Assembly (NCBI GenBank): GCA_964523905.1
Contig: CAZFYQ010000005.1
Span: 10,299 to 74,298 of the forward strand
Source of the DNA: an uncultured Gammaproteobacteria bacterium
GTDB lineage: Bacteria > Patescibacteriota > Microgenomatia > Daviesbacterales > UBA10151
DNA: 64,000 bases
Direction of reading: 5' to 3'
Both the position numbers and the translations under genes were made by a program. The first letter of the stretch is position 1. The number at the start of each line of letters is the position of its first letter. Of the stretch, positions 1 to 9,928 are shown in pieces. Under the pieces are notes generated by a model. That model was not told the origin of the DNA. It saw only the letters and a program-made list of their open reading frames with translations, and searched no databases.

Positions 1-801
1 ATTTGACAAAATAATCCGGGGTATCAATCATGCGCAGACGATCTACATCAGAGATAAAATTAGCAGTTTGGACACAAAGTAAGGCATCCTGCGCCTCAGC
101 ATCCTGCTTATCAATATAATGAAAGTCATTGGTGGCTACCAGAGGAATTCCTAGTTTTTGGGAAAATTCTTTTAGAGTTGCATGAGTTAAATCCTGTAAA
201 TCAGCTAGCCATTTGATGTCTCTTTTTATAGTGGGATCCTCAAACTTTTCCAGCTGAGCTCGATAAGGGTGAGATTGTACCTCCAGGTAAAAATTATCCG
301 GGCCAAATATATCCAGATAACTTTTTACTACTTCCTCGGCTTTTTCTTTACCAACAGTGTCCAAAGTTTTAATCAGCTCGCCAGAGGGACAGCCTGACAA
401 AGCAATTAAACCCTGGCCAAATTCTTTAAGCAAAGCTTTATCTACCCGCGGTTTGTAATAATAACCCTCGGTGTGAGCAATGGTCACCAGCTTCATCAGG
501 TTTAAATAACCCTGATAATCCTTGGCTAACACTGTTAAATGATAAGGCTCGTTGTCCAACTTGGCTTCTTTGTCTTTGTAAGAACGCTTGGCCACGTACA
601 TTTCTACTCCAATAATTGGTTTGATTCCCTCTGCCAAACAGGCTTTGTAAAATTCCATGGCCCCGTACATCACCCCGTGATCAGTAATAGCCATGGCCTC
701 CATACCAAGGTCTTTAGCTTTTTTAACCAGCTTTGGAATCTTAGATAAACCATCAAGAAGAGAATACTCAGTATGCGAATGAAGATGAACAAACTTACTC
801 A
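1..801 (-). CDS. dnaE: DNA polymerase III alpha subunit, N-terminal PHP domain (5' part; gene continues beyond window start)
   Basis: Minus-strand ORF starts with ATG at 799-801. Translation MSKFVHLHSHTEYSLLDGLSKIPKLVKKAKDLGMEAMAITDHGVMYGAMEFYKA...GIKPIIGVEMYVA matches the DnaE PHP-domain N-terminus. Reading frame is open to position 1. Confidence 0.8.
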
Positions 802-932
802 TGATCTGGACAAGATTCTTGCGGGGATAATTCTCACCGCGCCATCTCGAACGTATAGTTTACCACCGGTGTACAGAATCATTTCAAGAGGCAAATTTAA
901 TTTGTTGAACCCAAAATGGTATTATTAACATA

Positions 933-1514
933 ATGGAGCTTAAAAAAACTTTTTTAAAATCTATCTTGCCTATTATTTTGATTGGCATTTTAATCCTTGG
1001 TGGTTTATCTTTCTGGAAATATTTAAATGATGTTTGGAGTACTTACCAGGCTTTTAAGTACCCTTCACTTTTATCAGATAACTCCTCTTTAGGGATTAAT
1101 TTATCCGAAATAGACTCCATTCCTGCCATCTTCAATGCTATCCCAAAACAAGCATGCAGCAATATAAATGATAATAAAATTGCAGAATTAATTAGCACAA
1201 GTTCCAATTGGAAGGATTTTCCTTCTAAAGACTGCTTCGAGTGGAAAGTTTCTGATAAATTCAGCGTTTTAGATGTATGGTTATTTAATAAATCCACATT
1301 AATGGTAAAAGTATTTAATAGTAAGACAAATAGTTGGGACTATATTAAAGTTATAGAATCCAGATGGCCCGATTATCCTGGTTGGAGTTTTGCTGTTTCG
1401 TCGGTAGATAATAATGGCACTATATACCTGAAATATGGAGGTTATAAATATACCCTTTGGGGAGGCGATGGTACAAAAAATTATCGAATTACTTTTAGAA
1501 AATTAGAGGAGTAG
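933..1514 (+). CDS. hypothetical protein with N-terminal TM/signal anchor
   Basis: 193-aa ORF with a hydrophobic N-terminus (ILPIILIGILILGGLSFW). No recognisable family. Confidence 0.45.
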   Translation: MELKKTFLKSILPIILIGILILGGLSFWKYLNDVWSTYQAFKYPSLLSDNSSLGINLSEIDSIPAIFNAIPKQACSNINDNKIAELISTSSNWKDFPSKDCFEWKVSDKFSVLDVWLFNKSTLMVKVFNSKTNSWDYIKVIESRWPDYPGWSFAVSSVDNNGTIYLKYGGYKYTLWGGDGTKNYRITFRKLEE

Positions 1515-2837
1515 TTTTTCCAAGATTTCTTTAACTTTTCCAGCATCGGCTTTTCCCTGGGTTTTTTTCATTACTCCACCAATTAAGGCTTGAATCGCCG
1601 GAAGCTTTCCAGCCTTGTAATCTTGTACTGATTTATCATTTTCGGCGATCACTTCTTTGGCAATTTTTTCCAATTCCCCTTCGTCAGTAATAACATTTGA
1701 TTTTTCCTCCTTAATGATTCTAATTATTTCTTCTGGTTCTATTCCTGTAAGTTGTTTTTTAAGAACTTGCTGATAATAACGAATGGCCGACATAGGATTT
1801 ATTTCTTGTTCTCTTGCTAAACTCAATGTTCTTATCACATGATCTGCATACTCTCTATCTTCTGACAAAGTTTTAGCTATCATTTCTGGTACCCCTAATT
1901 CAATTAGCCTTTTCTCTTTATCTGCAGCTAGCTCTGGGATTTCTGATTTAATCTTTTCAATCTGATCTTTTGTAGTTCTAATTGGAGGAATGTCAGGCTC
2001 TGGAAAATACCGATAATCATGTGCTTCTTCTTTAGACCTTTGAGAAATAGTGGCATTTTTGGTTTCATTCCAGCCCCTGGTTTCCTGGGCCGGAGTTTCT
2101 CCTTTATCCAGAATCTCAGTTTGTCTTTTTATTTCAAACTCAATCGCATTCTTCACAAATCGAAATGAGTTTATATTCTTTACTTCAACTTTGTAATTTG
2201 GTAATTTGAATTTGTTTGTATCTTGGGATTTGTCATTTGGAATTTCTCGAAGAGATATATTTGGTTCGAGTCTCATATCCCCTTTTTCCATATCTGCATT
2301 GGAAACTTCCAAATACCGCACAATCTGCTGCAGTTTTTTAAGATATTCCACTACATCCTCTGCCGAGTCAAAGTCCGGCTCTGTTACTATCTCAACCAGT
2401 GGTACACCTGAGCGGTTAAAGTCAATTAAAGATTCATTACCAGAATGAGTTAATTTCCCAGTATCTTCTTCCATATGAACTCGGGTAATCCCGATTTTTT
2501 TGCCACTACTTAAAGTAATTTCGCCTTTATATCCAAACGGCTGATCATATTGAGAAATCTGATAGCCTTTAGATAAATCCGGATAAAAATAATTTTTACG
2601 ATCAAATTTGGAAAATTCATTGATCTGACAATTTAGCGCCAGGCCAATTTTAACGCACCATTCAATAGCCAGTTTATTAGGAACCGGCAAAGCACCTGGC
2701 AGCCCCAAACATACCGGGCAAGTATGACTATTAGGCGCTTTACCAAAATAATCTGCCGAGCAGGAACAAAACATTTTTGATTTTGTCTTAAGTTCTACAT
2801 GCACCTCTAGGCCAATAATTGGTTCGTATTTTTTCAT
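1503..2837 (-). CDS. gatB: Asp/Glu-tRNA(Asn/Gln) amidotransferase subunit B
   Basis: MKKYEPIIGLEVHVELKTKSKMFCSCS...CPVCLGLPGALPV matches the GatB N-terminus. Most likely start is the ATG at 2835-2837; the ORF track extends to 2930 through an upstream M. Confidence 0.9.
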   Translation of the reverse strand: MKKYEPIIGLEVHVELKTKSKMFCSCSADYFGKAPNSHTCPVCLGLPGALPVPNKLAIEWCVKIGLALNCQINEFSKFDRKNYFYPDLSKGYQISQYDQPFGYKGEITLSSGKKIGITRVHMEEDTGKLTHSGNESLIDFNRSGVPLVEIVTEPDFDSAEDVVEYLKKLQQIVRYLEVSNADMEKGDMRLEPNISLREIPNDKSQDTNKFKLPNYKVEVKNINSFRFVKNAIEFEIKRQTEILDKGETPAQETRGWNETKNATISQRSKEEAHDYRYFPEPDIPPIRTTKDQIEKIKSEIPELAADKEKRLIELGVPEMIAKTLSEDREYADHVIRTLSLAREQEINPMSAIRYYQQVLKKQLTGIEPEEIIRIIKEEKSNVITDEGELEKIAKEVIAENDKSVQDYKAGKLPAIQALIGGVMKKTQGKADAGKVKEILEKLLL

Positions 2838-2907
2838 AATGATGCTCCAGAACCAATTATAAGATACCCGAACGAAGTGAGGGGAGGTCTTATTACTGGT
2901 GTGTAAT

Positions 2908-3285
2908 TCATAAATTCCTCGCAAACTCATCTAAATAGTCTACAACTGTTGAAAATTCTTGACTCTTTTTCATATCTACTAAGTCTGAGTAAAATTTTCC
3001 TATTCTCTCTGCCTGTTCAGGTTCACTAAGGTCAGCTGTCCATGCTATCTCTCTAAAAGCACTAGCTCCTTCATCAGGAGTAATTCTGGTAAACACAGTG
3101 ACTATACCGCCTAGATTATCGTGTAATCTCCAAGCTCTCATTACTGACATCTTCGCTGCATCAAGCTGAATCCCAGGATCCTTTAAATCTATCTTCTCGT
3201 GCTTTGCTACTGGATTCTCAATTCTCCCAAAAAGTTCTCGCACAAAATCCTCTTCAAAGTAACCTCCATTTTCCTGGCTTCTCAT
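2908..3285 (-). CDS. hypothetical protein inserted between gatA and gatB
   Basis: 125-aa ORF with no recognisable motif. It overlaps gatA by 4 nt, which suggests co-transcription. Confidence 0.45.
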   Translation of the reverse strand: MRSQENGGYFEEDFVRELFGRIENPVAKHEKIDLKDPGIQLDAAKMSVMRAWRLHDNLGGIVTVFTRITPDEGASAFREIAWTADLSEPEQAERIGKFYSDLVDMKKSQEFSTVVDYLDEFARNL

Positions 3286-4706
3286 AATTTTGGCTTTTCC
3301 TTTCTCCAGCTAGTTTCTTTTTCATATTGATACCCCACATTCAAAATCAGAGCCTCGGAAAATTGTGGGCCAATAATTTGCATACCAACCGGCAATCCAA
3401 TTTCATCAAAACCACAAGGCATGTTAATAGCTGGAAGGCCTGCAATAGCGGAGGGCTCTACTAAAACATCAGACATCTCCCCGAACATTGGGCTACTATT
3501 GAAGGCACCTACTTGTAATGCCGTAGATGGGGATGCTGCAGCAATTATTAAATCAACCTCCTTAAAAGCCCGTTTAAAATCTTCTACTATTAAAGTTCTG
3601 ACTTGTTGAGCCTTATTGTAATACTGGTCATAATAACCTGCGGAAAGCGCATAAGTTCCTAGCATAATCCTTCGCTTAGCTTCAGAGCCAAAAAAGGATC
3701 GATCATTGCCAAAACGGATGCCGTCATACCTGGCTAAATTAGAAGAAACTTCTGCTCTTTGTAAAATTGTATAAACAGCTATTGAAAACTTAGGATGAAA
3801 TAAGCTAATTTTCTTTATCTTGGCGCCCATTTTTTCTAATTGCTTGATCCCCTCTTCTACTCTTTCTCTGACTTTAGGATCAACAATCATATTCATATAT
3901 TCGTCTGATACTCCAATAGTTAGACCAGCTATTTTATTTCCCAGATTCATTAAATAATCCTCCGGCTCTTTTGGAGAAGAAGTAGCATCTTTGGGATCCA
4001 TCCCGGCCAGCACCTGCAACATCAAAGCGGCATCTTCCACGGTTTTGGTAATTGGCCCGGGGCTATCCAAAGAAGAAGCCATGGCAATTACTCCATATCT
4101 ACTGACTCGCCCATAGGTCGGCTTCAGTCCCACTACTCCACACCAAGCCGCTGGCTGACGGATAGACCCGGCTGTTTCAGAGCCTATGGCAGCTACAGCC
4201 TCATCTGCAGCAATGGATGCAGCAGCTCCACCGGAAGACCCACCTGGCAAATGTTCAATGTTCCAGGGATTTTTAGTTGCTCCAAAATCTGATGTTTCAG
4301 TGGAAGAGCCATGTGCCCAGGCATCTAAATTTGTCTTACCAACCATTACCATCCCGGCTGCTTTTAATTTTGCCACAACGGTTGCATCATAGGGAGGGAT
4401 AAACCCCTCCAGGACTTTGCTGGAAGCAGTTGTCTGCACACCCTCGGTACAAAAATTATCTTTGATAGAAAGCGGAATTCCTAAGAGCGGTTGATCCTGC
4501 AAGGCGTTGCCTTGGGTGCGTAACTCATCAGCTTTTCCAGCTTGTTCTAGGGCTTTTTCTTTAGTAACAGTAACAAAGGCATTTATTTTCCCTTCAACTT
4601 CCTCAATTCGTTCCAAAACTGCGTTGGTTAAATCCACAGAAGTAAAATCTTTATTCTTTAAGCCTTCTTTGGCTTCTTTAATTGTTAATTCATTTAATTT
4701 ATTCAT
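3282..4706 (-). CDS. gatA: Glu-tRNA(Gln) amidotransferase subunit A (amidase signature family)
   Basis: Amidase signature GGSSGGAAASIAADEAVAAIGSETAGSIRQPAA is present. Length 474 aa. Lies between gatC and gatB. Confidence 0.9.
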   Translation of the reverse strand: MNKLNELTIKEAKEGLKNKDFTSVDLTNAVLERIEEVEGKINAFVTVTKEKALEQAGKADELRTQGNALQDQPLLGIPLSIKDNFCTEGVQTTASSKVLEGFIPPYDATVVAKLKAAGMVMVGKTNLDAWAHGSSTETSDFGATKNPWNIEHLPGGSSGGAAASIAADEAVAAIGSETAGSIRQPAAWCGVVGLKPTYGRVSRYGVIAMASSLDSPGPITKTVEDAALMLQVLAGMDPKDATSSPKEPEDYLMNLGNKIAGLTIGVSDEYMNMIVDPKVRERVEEGIKQLEKMGAKIKKISLFHPKFSIAVYTILQRAEVSSNLARYDGIRFGNDRSFFGSEAKRRIMLGTYALSAGYYDQYYNKAQQVRTLIVEDFKRAFKEVDLIIAAASPSTALQVGAFNSSPMFGEMSDVLVEPSAIAGLPAINMPCGFDEIGLPVGMQIIGPQFSEALILNVGYQYEKETSWRKEKPKL

Positions 4707-4737
4707 ATGGATCCCTGATCAAGTCCGGGATGACAGG

Positions 4738-5028
4738 CTACTGCTCAAGAATCACTTTCACTACGAAAAATCCGTCTTTTTTTGATTTAGCATTTGATAA
4801 AGCTTGATCTTGAGTTAAGGAATCCGCGGCTACATCTTCTCTTTCCACATTTTCCAAACCAGTTACCTGAGAGGTTGGCATAACTCCTTTGGTATCAATC
4901 TCATTTAGCTCCTGGACATAATTTAGGGTTTCGCTAAGCTCGCTTTCCAGTTTTGACGTTTCTTCATCAGTTAAGGGTAGGCTGGCTAATTTGGCAACAT
5001 GTTTAACATCATCTCCTGTTAATTTCAT
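4738..5028 (-). CDS. gatC: Glu-tRNA(Gln) amidotransferase subunit C
   Basis: MKLTGDDVKHVAKLASLPLTDEE... is a typical GatC N-terminus. Lies directly upstream of gatA. Start chosen at the internal ATG; the ORF track begins 6 codons earlier. Confidence 0.8.
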   Translation of the reverse strand: MKLTGDDVKHVAKLASLPLTDEETSKLESELSETLNYVQELNEIDTKGVMPTSQVTGLENVEREDVAADSLTQDQALSNAKSKKDGFFVVKVILEQ

Positions 5029-5035
5029 GGACTGA

Positions 5036-5368
5036 TTATATACCAAAACTTAACAAGTCAGAAAGCTTGGTTTTACTTTTTTGAATAGTGCCTTTAGGCA
5101 ACTCTAAAATCAGATTGTATTTGGGATTCCAGAAAAATACAGAGTTTGGTTTGACTACTGCCAGTTTTCTTACCTTATTTTGTTGATCTATTACTGTCAC
5201 ATCAATAGCCTCTTTCAATCCAAAAGTGTGGATACCGGAATTAATTTTAAACATCAGTGAGCGCGGATTGGTTTTTTTAAGCAGCCCCAAAGTTAAATCT
5301 TCCCAGGTTTTGGCTTCTTTTAAATCTTTGGCAATAATAGTTTTACGGGTGAGATTTTTAACAATCAC
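5036..5368 (-). CDS. DUF192 (COG1430) family protein
   Basis: The LGLL...GIHTFGLKEAIDVTVID...LAVVKPNSVF...LILELPKG pattern matches the DUF192 consensus (GLM..GMLF..IHT.GM..PLDV.F.D...KP......A..VLELP.G). Confidence 0.55.
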   Translation of the reverse strand: MIVKNLTRKTIIAKDLKEAKTWEDLTLGLLKKTNPRSLMFKINSGIHTFGLKEAIDVTVIDQQNKVRKLAVVKPNSVFFWNPKYNLILELPKGTIQKSKTKLSDLLSFGI

Positions 5369-5371
5369 TTT

Positions 5372-6301
5372 TTAAACTTTGCCTTCCATTTCCTGTAAGG
5401 CTTTTATCCTAACCGGAATTGGCGGATGGGTATTAAAAAGATTTGCCATAAAGCTAGCTGCATTCTGACCCTTGAATGGATTAACAATATATAAGTGCGC
5501 AGTCCCACGGTTGGCTACTTCCAAAGGCTCTTGATCAGCGGAAATTTTTTGTAAAGCTGAGATTAAACCTTGTGGATAACGGGTCAGTAACACTCCAGAG
5601 GCATCAGCTAAGAGTTCACGGCGCCGGGAAACTGCCAACTGGATTAAAGTAGCCACAATCGGGGCTAAGATGGCTGCAACTATAGCCAAAATCATAAATA
5701 GCTGATTCCCACCTTCTCTGTCATTATCACGACTACCTCCCCACCACATTGAACGCATAAAAAAATCAGACAACAGGGCAATAGTTCCCACCAAAACAGC
5801 CACCACTGCCATTAAAAGCGTGTCCCGGTTACCAACATGGGACAGTTCATGAGCAGCCACTCCTTCCAACTCCTGTTTATTTAATTTTTCTAAGATTCCA
5901 GAGGTAAAAGCAATTGAAGCATGTTTAGGATCTCTGCCTGTGGCAAAAGCATTCGGTGCAGAATCATTTATAACGTAGATCTTGGGAGTTGGCAGGCCTC
6001 CGGCAATGCCTAAGTTTTCCACAATTCTATATAATTCCTTGTTATCCTTTTCCGAAATTTGTTTGGCCTGAGAAACTCCTAACACAATTTTGTCTGACCA
6101 AAAATAGGAGACAAAATTCATGATGCCGGTAAAAATTAAAGCAAATCCAAAAATTCCCAACCCACCGACCTCTCCATAACCAAAACCACGGGCAATTATA
6201 TAAATTACTGCAATAGCAAAAACCGAGAATAAAAACATAATTACCCAAGTCTTGAAGATATTAGCTGAAACCTGATCCCAAGCAGTTTTAACAGTTGCCA
6301 T
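5372..6301 (-). CDS. htpX: HtpX-like M48 zinc metalloprotease
   Basis: HEXXH motif (HELSHVGNRD) sits between TM helices. N-terminal TM segments and overall length match HtpX. Confidence 0.85.
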   Translation of the reverse strand: MATVKTAWDQVSANIFKTWVIMFLFSVFAIAVIYIIARGFGYGEVGGLGIFGFALIFTGIMNFVSYFWSDKIVLGVSQAKQISEKDNKELYRIVENLGIAGGLPTPKIYVINDSAPNAFATGRDPKHASIAFTSGILEKLNKQELEGVAAHELSHVGNRDTLLMAVVAVLVGTIALLSDFFMRSMWWGGSRDNDREGGNQLFMILAIVAAILAPIVATLIQLAVSRRRELLADASGVLLTRYPQGLISALQKISADQEPLEVANRGTAHLYIVNPFKGQNAASFMANLFNTHPPIPVRIKALQEMEGKV

Positions 6302-6318
6302 ATTTGCCTATTTTAGCA

Positions 6319-6726
6319 CTATTTGCGTTCAAACCAAAGCGGAGCTTTGCTGCCGGAACTCCCCGAATAGTCAAACAAAATCTCCTGGTTCTTTTTAATC
6401 TTTTTTATTGCCGTAAAAGTGATTACTTGCTCTTTTTTATTAATCTCATATTTGACATTGGGATTTTTGGAGTGGTTATATAAAGAGCCATATCCCAAAG
6501 CTAAAACCACATAGTCATCCATCCAGAAGTAGTATTCAAATAACAGATTCCATTTAGTATCCACAAAATCTTTGAAATCCAGAACTAGAATCGGAGCTAT
6601 CTCAATTATTTCCCCACTCCTGATATTTTCTGCGGCAAAAACTCCTCTGCCAGACACAAATTCTTTGTTTTCCGGGTCAAGAACTTTGGATGAGGAAATA
6701 TATAACTTCTTCGGAGGGGAAATCAA
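6319..6726 (-). CDS. SET-domain protein (putative lysine methyltransferase)
   Basis: N-SET motif GRGVFAAENIRSGEIIEIAP, NHSKNPN (NHSxxPN) and EILFDYS (ELxFDY) are all present in 135 aa. Confidence 0.65.
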   Translation of the reverse strand: MISPPKKLYISSSKVLDPENKEFVSGRGVFAAENIRSGEIIEIAPILVLDFKDFVDTKWNLLFEYYFWMDDYVVLALGYGSLYNHSKNPNVKYEINKKEQVITFTAIKKIKKNQEILFDYSGSSGSKAPLWFERK

Positions 6727-7274
6727 AATTTTACTTGAATGTCTTTTTTCTCGTCATCACTAGCTGCAAAGAAAGCTTCTTTTTGGAAACCAAACCACTG
6801 ACCAATCATGGCTGAAGGGAATTGTTCCAAAGAATTATTTAAATCCAAAACATTGGTATTGTAAAATTGACGGGAAGCAGCCACTTTAGTTTCAGTGTCA
6901 GATAATTCATCTTGCAACTCTTTAAAATTATCCGAGGCTTTTAAATCAGGATAGGCTTCTGCCACTGCAAACAAGGACTTCAAAGCACCGGACAACTGGT
7001 CGTTAGCTTTGGCTTTGTCCTGTAAAGATCCGGCACTCATCAAAGCAGAGCGGGCTTTAGTGACATTTTCAAAAACGGATTTTTCATGTTTGGCATAACC
7101 TTTAACTGTTTCTACTAAATTAGGAATTAAAGAGGAGCGGCGTTTTAGTTGGACATCAATCTCAGACCAGGCTTCACGAACCCGGTTTCTCAGAGTAATC
7201 AGACCGTTATAAGTTAACAGCAACCAGCCGCCAATTAAAACTACCAAACCGATTACAATATATAGGGGATTCAT
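6723..7274 (-). CDS. LemA family protein
   Basis: N-terminal TM helix then LITLRNRVREAWSEIDVQLKRRSSLIPNLVETVKGYAKHE..., which matches the LemA family pattern. Confidence 0.85.
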   Translation of the reverse strand: MNPLYIVIGLVVLIGGWLLLTYNGLITLRNRVREAWSEIDVQLKRRSSLIPNLVETVKGYAKHEKSVFENVTKARSALMSAGSLQDKAKANDQLSGALKSLFAVAEAYPDLKASDNFKELQDELSDTETKVAASRQFYNTNVLDLNNSLEQFPSAMIGQWFGFQKEAFFAASDDEKKDIQVKF

Positions 7275-7277
7275 TAA

Positions 7278-9026
7278 CTACAGTTTAAACCATTTGGCAA
7301 AATCTGTCCAGTTCCAGGTATTTACAATGTCCTTTTTTTCAGCCCAGCCCCGGCGGGCAACAGATACTCCATAAGGCATATTTTCCATTTGCGAAACTTC
7401 ATGAGCATCTGTATTAATTACAAATTTAACTCCATAGCCAAGTGCCATTTTCACCAAATCATCCCGCAAATCCAAACGGTCTGGATGCGCATTAATTTCC
7501 ATTAGCTTGTGATTTTTAGCTGCTAATTTAAAAACTGCTTCCCAATCCGCTTCTGATGAAGGACGCTCATTTAGCAGCCGATTAGTGGGATGGGAAATGA
7601 TATCAACATGAGGATTTTCTAAAGCTGCCAAAAGTCTTTTGGTAATTACATCTTTGCCGCCATGGTGTCCGGAGTGAATGCCGGCAATACAATAATCTAA
7701 AGTTTCTAGAGCCTGATCAGGCACGCTTAAACTACCGTCTCCCAGGATATCTATTTCGAGTCCATTAAGTACTCGAATACTATTTGTTTTCTTTTTTACC
7801 TCCTGAATAACTTTTGTCCTCATCTCTATTGCTTTAATCATTTGCTCTTTGCCCATAATGCCATGTCCGGGTGGATGATCAGATATTCCAATGAACTCAT
7901 AACCAAGTTGTTTAGCTTTTTTAATCATCTCTTCAATAGAATCAACACCAGGTCCATGAGAGGGATTAGGGATTGGATAATTAGTATGAATATGTAAATC
8001 ACCTTTGATATCTTTAAGTTCTACCAAGTTCGGCAGTTTATGCGCCAAGGCCGCTTCAATCTCACCAGTATCTTCCCGAATTTCCGGTGCCGGAGTATCC
8101 ATTTTCAGTAATTTATAAAACTCCTCTTCAGTTTTTGTAGGCACGATTTTGCCTGTTTTGGTGTTTTTCACTCCTTGCTCACTCAAGGATAATCCCTTAC
8201 TTAGCGCATAATTTCTCAGCTTAATATTATGATTTTTGCCTCCTGTAAAGTGTTGCAACAAAGCTCCATAACTTTCTGGAGGTCCGACTAATAAATCAAC
8301 ATGCAAACCACTCCCTAAGACTACTGTCGCTCCATATGTGCCTTTTTCTACAATCTGGGAAACCCCTGGCATTTTGGTAAAATATTCCAAAACTGAGGCT
8401 GGTTTTTTAGTAGAAACAGAAAAATCCAGGTCTCCAATGGTCACTACCTGCCTGCGAAGTGAACCTAAGGGGTCTACTTCTAATACATCTGGAGAGATTT
8501 TTAAATACTCAATGATTTTATTAGCCTGAACAGCTGCATAAGGAAGTAACATCCGGTTAGTTTTTTCAGATACCTGCTCTAAAGACACTAATAGCTTCTC
8601 AGCAATCTTTTCTGAGAAGCCTTTTTTAGCCAAGTTGCCAGATTTAATTTGCTTTTTTAAATCACCCAGCGAGCGTATTCCCAGGCTAACTAACTCCTGA
8701 GCAGTCTTCGGACCGATTCCGGGTATATCCAGGAGCTCAAATAGCACCTTTGGAATGCCTTTCTTTGCCCACTGGAACTGTTTAGCCTTACCAGTTCTGA
8801 ATAATTCATCTAAATGACCCTGTATTCCCTTGCCTAAACCAGGCACTAAATCCATCTTTCCTTCCTGCCAGAGATCTTTTATTTCCGAAGTAGAATGTTC
8901 AATAGAATCTGCTGCGTTTTCATAAGCCCGAATCTCAAAAACTACACTGGGCCCTTTTTTCTTAATCGAATAAGCTGCCGCAATTTCACGAAGGAGTTTT
9001 GCAATATAAGCATTGCTTGTTTGCAT
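7278..9026 (-). CDS. polX: DNA polymerase/3'-5' exonuclease PolX (Pol beta-like domain + PHP domain)
   Basis: Helix-hairpin-helix motifs (GIGPKTAQEL) are followed by a C-terminal PHP domain (HIHTNYP...ISDHPPGHG...INTDAH). Start at 9024-9026; the ORF track allows 9059. Confidence 0.85.
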   Translation of the reverse strand: MQTSNAYIAKLLREIAAAYSIKKKGPSVVFEIRAYENAADSIEHSTSEIKDLWQEGKMDLVPGLGKGIQGHLDELFRTGKAKQFQWAKKGIPKVLFELLDIPGIGPKTAQELVSLGIRSLGDLKKQIKSGNLAKKGFSEKIAEKLLVSLEQVSEKTNRMLLPYAAVQANKIIEYLKISPDVLEVDPLGSLRRQVVTIGDLDFSVSTKKPASVLEYFTKMPGVSQIVEKGTYGATVVLGSGLHVDLLVGPPESYGALLQHFTGGKNHNIKLRNYALSKGLSLSEQGVKNTKTGKIVPTKTEEEFYKLLKMDTPAPEIREDTGEIEAALAHKLPNLVELKDIKGDLHIHTNYPIPNPSHGPGVDSIEEMIKKAKQLGYEFIGISDHPPGHGIMGKEQMIKAIEMRTKVIQEVKKKTNSIRVLNGLEIDILGDGSLSVPDQALETLDYCIAGIHSGHHGGKDVITKRLLAALENPHVDIISHPTNRLLNERPSSEADWEAVFKLAAKNHKLMEINAHPDRLDLRDDLVKMALGYGVKFVINTDAHEVSQMENMPYGVSVARRGWAEKKDIVNTWNWTDFAKWFKL

Positions 9027-9093
9027 GTAGTAAATATACCTTTTCGTTGAAATATACACAAGTATTATGTAAAATACTTTCTGGTGTTTATTA

Positions 9094-9167
9094 GGGGCCG
9101 TAACTCAACGGTTAGAGTGCCTCGTTGTCAACGAGGATGTTGCGGGTTCGAATCCCGTCGGTCCCGC
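9094..9167 (+). tRNA. tRNA-Asp (anticodon GTC)
   Basis: Cloverleaf folded by hand. Acceptor GGGGCCG/CGGTCCC with one G-U pair. D-arm ACTC/GAGT. Anticodon loop TTGTCAA gives GTC. T-arm GCGGG-TTCGAAT-CCCGT. Confidence 0.85.
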
Positions 9168-9242
9168 ATTTACCTATTGACAATCAAATTGATTTAGTCT
9201 AAAAAGAAAAAGTAAAACTCCTGCCTATCCTGCTCCCAACTA

Positions 9243-9911
9243 ATGGCTACTAGAGGAAGACCAAAAAAAACTAATACTAAATCCAGCCCTGATTTCTTGG
9301 AAAAAATTTCCCGAGAAACGCAGTCCAATCAATCAAGACTGAGTATGATCTTGGGTGGGTTAATTATTTTAGTAATTGTGGTTTTAATCTTTAATTACTT
9401 TAACAAACCAAAAGCAGAACTAGGTCCTGCTCAACAAACTCAAGCTAATGCTCAACATGATGTCACGCCGGACAATCTTCCCGGTAAATACACTGTTAAA
9501 GATGGTGACACCTTGTTTACCATTGCCGATGCCTATTATAAAGATGGTTATCAATATCCAGTGATTGCTCAGACTAACAACATTGCAAACCCGGATCTTT
9601 TGGAAGCCGGACAGGTTTTAACAATTCCTAAATTACCGGCCTCAGCCATGCAAGAAAATCCTGGTCAAGATCAATCCAGCTTACCCCAAGAACAGGTCAC
9701 CACTGACAATAGCAATACTCCCAATAATGCAACCACCTGGGGACCAACCATCCAAGGTGACAGCTACACAGTAACTGCTGGTGATTGGCTTTCTACAATT
9801 GCCGGCCGGGCTTACGGAGATGTGATGTCTTATCAAAAAATTGCCGATGCCAATGGCATTACTGATCCTAATGTGATTGAAGTTGGCACCGTCTTAAAAA
9901 TTCCCCGCTAA
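9243..9911 (+). CDS. LysM domain peptidoglycan-binding protein (two LysM repeats, N-terminal TM)
   Basis: Two LysM motifs: YTVKDGDTLFTIADAYY...LLEAGQVLTIP and YTVTAGDWLSTIAGRAYG...IEVGTVLKIP. A TM helix lies near the N-terminus. Confidence 0.8.
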   Translation: MATRGRPKKTNTKSSPDFLEKISRETQSNQSRLSMILGGLIILVIVVLIFNYFNKPKAELGPAQQTQANAQHDVTPDNLPGKYTVKDGDTLFTIADAYYKDGYQYPVIAQTNNIANPDLLEAGQVLTIPKLPASAMQENPGQDQSSLPQEQVTTDNSNTPNNATTWGPTIQGDSYTVTAGDWLSTIAGRAYGDVMSYQKIADANGITDPNVIEVGTVLKIPR

Positions 9912-9928
9912 TTTGCTATAGTAGTTAA

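Noticed and set aside
539-748. 69-aa plus-strand ORF
   Set aside because: It is embedded antisense within the well-supported dnaE N-terminal coding region.
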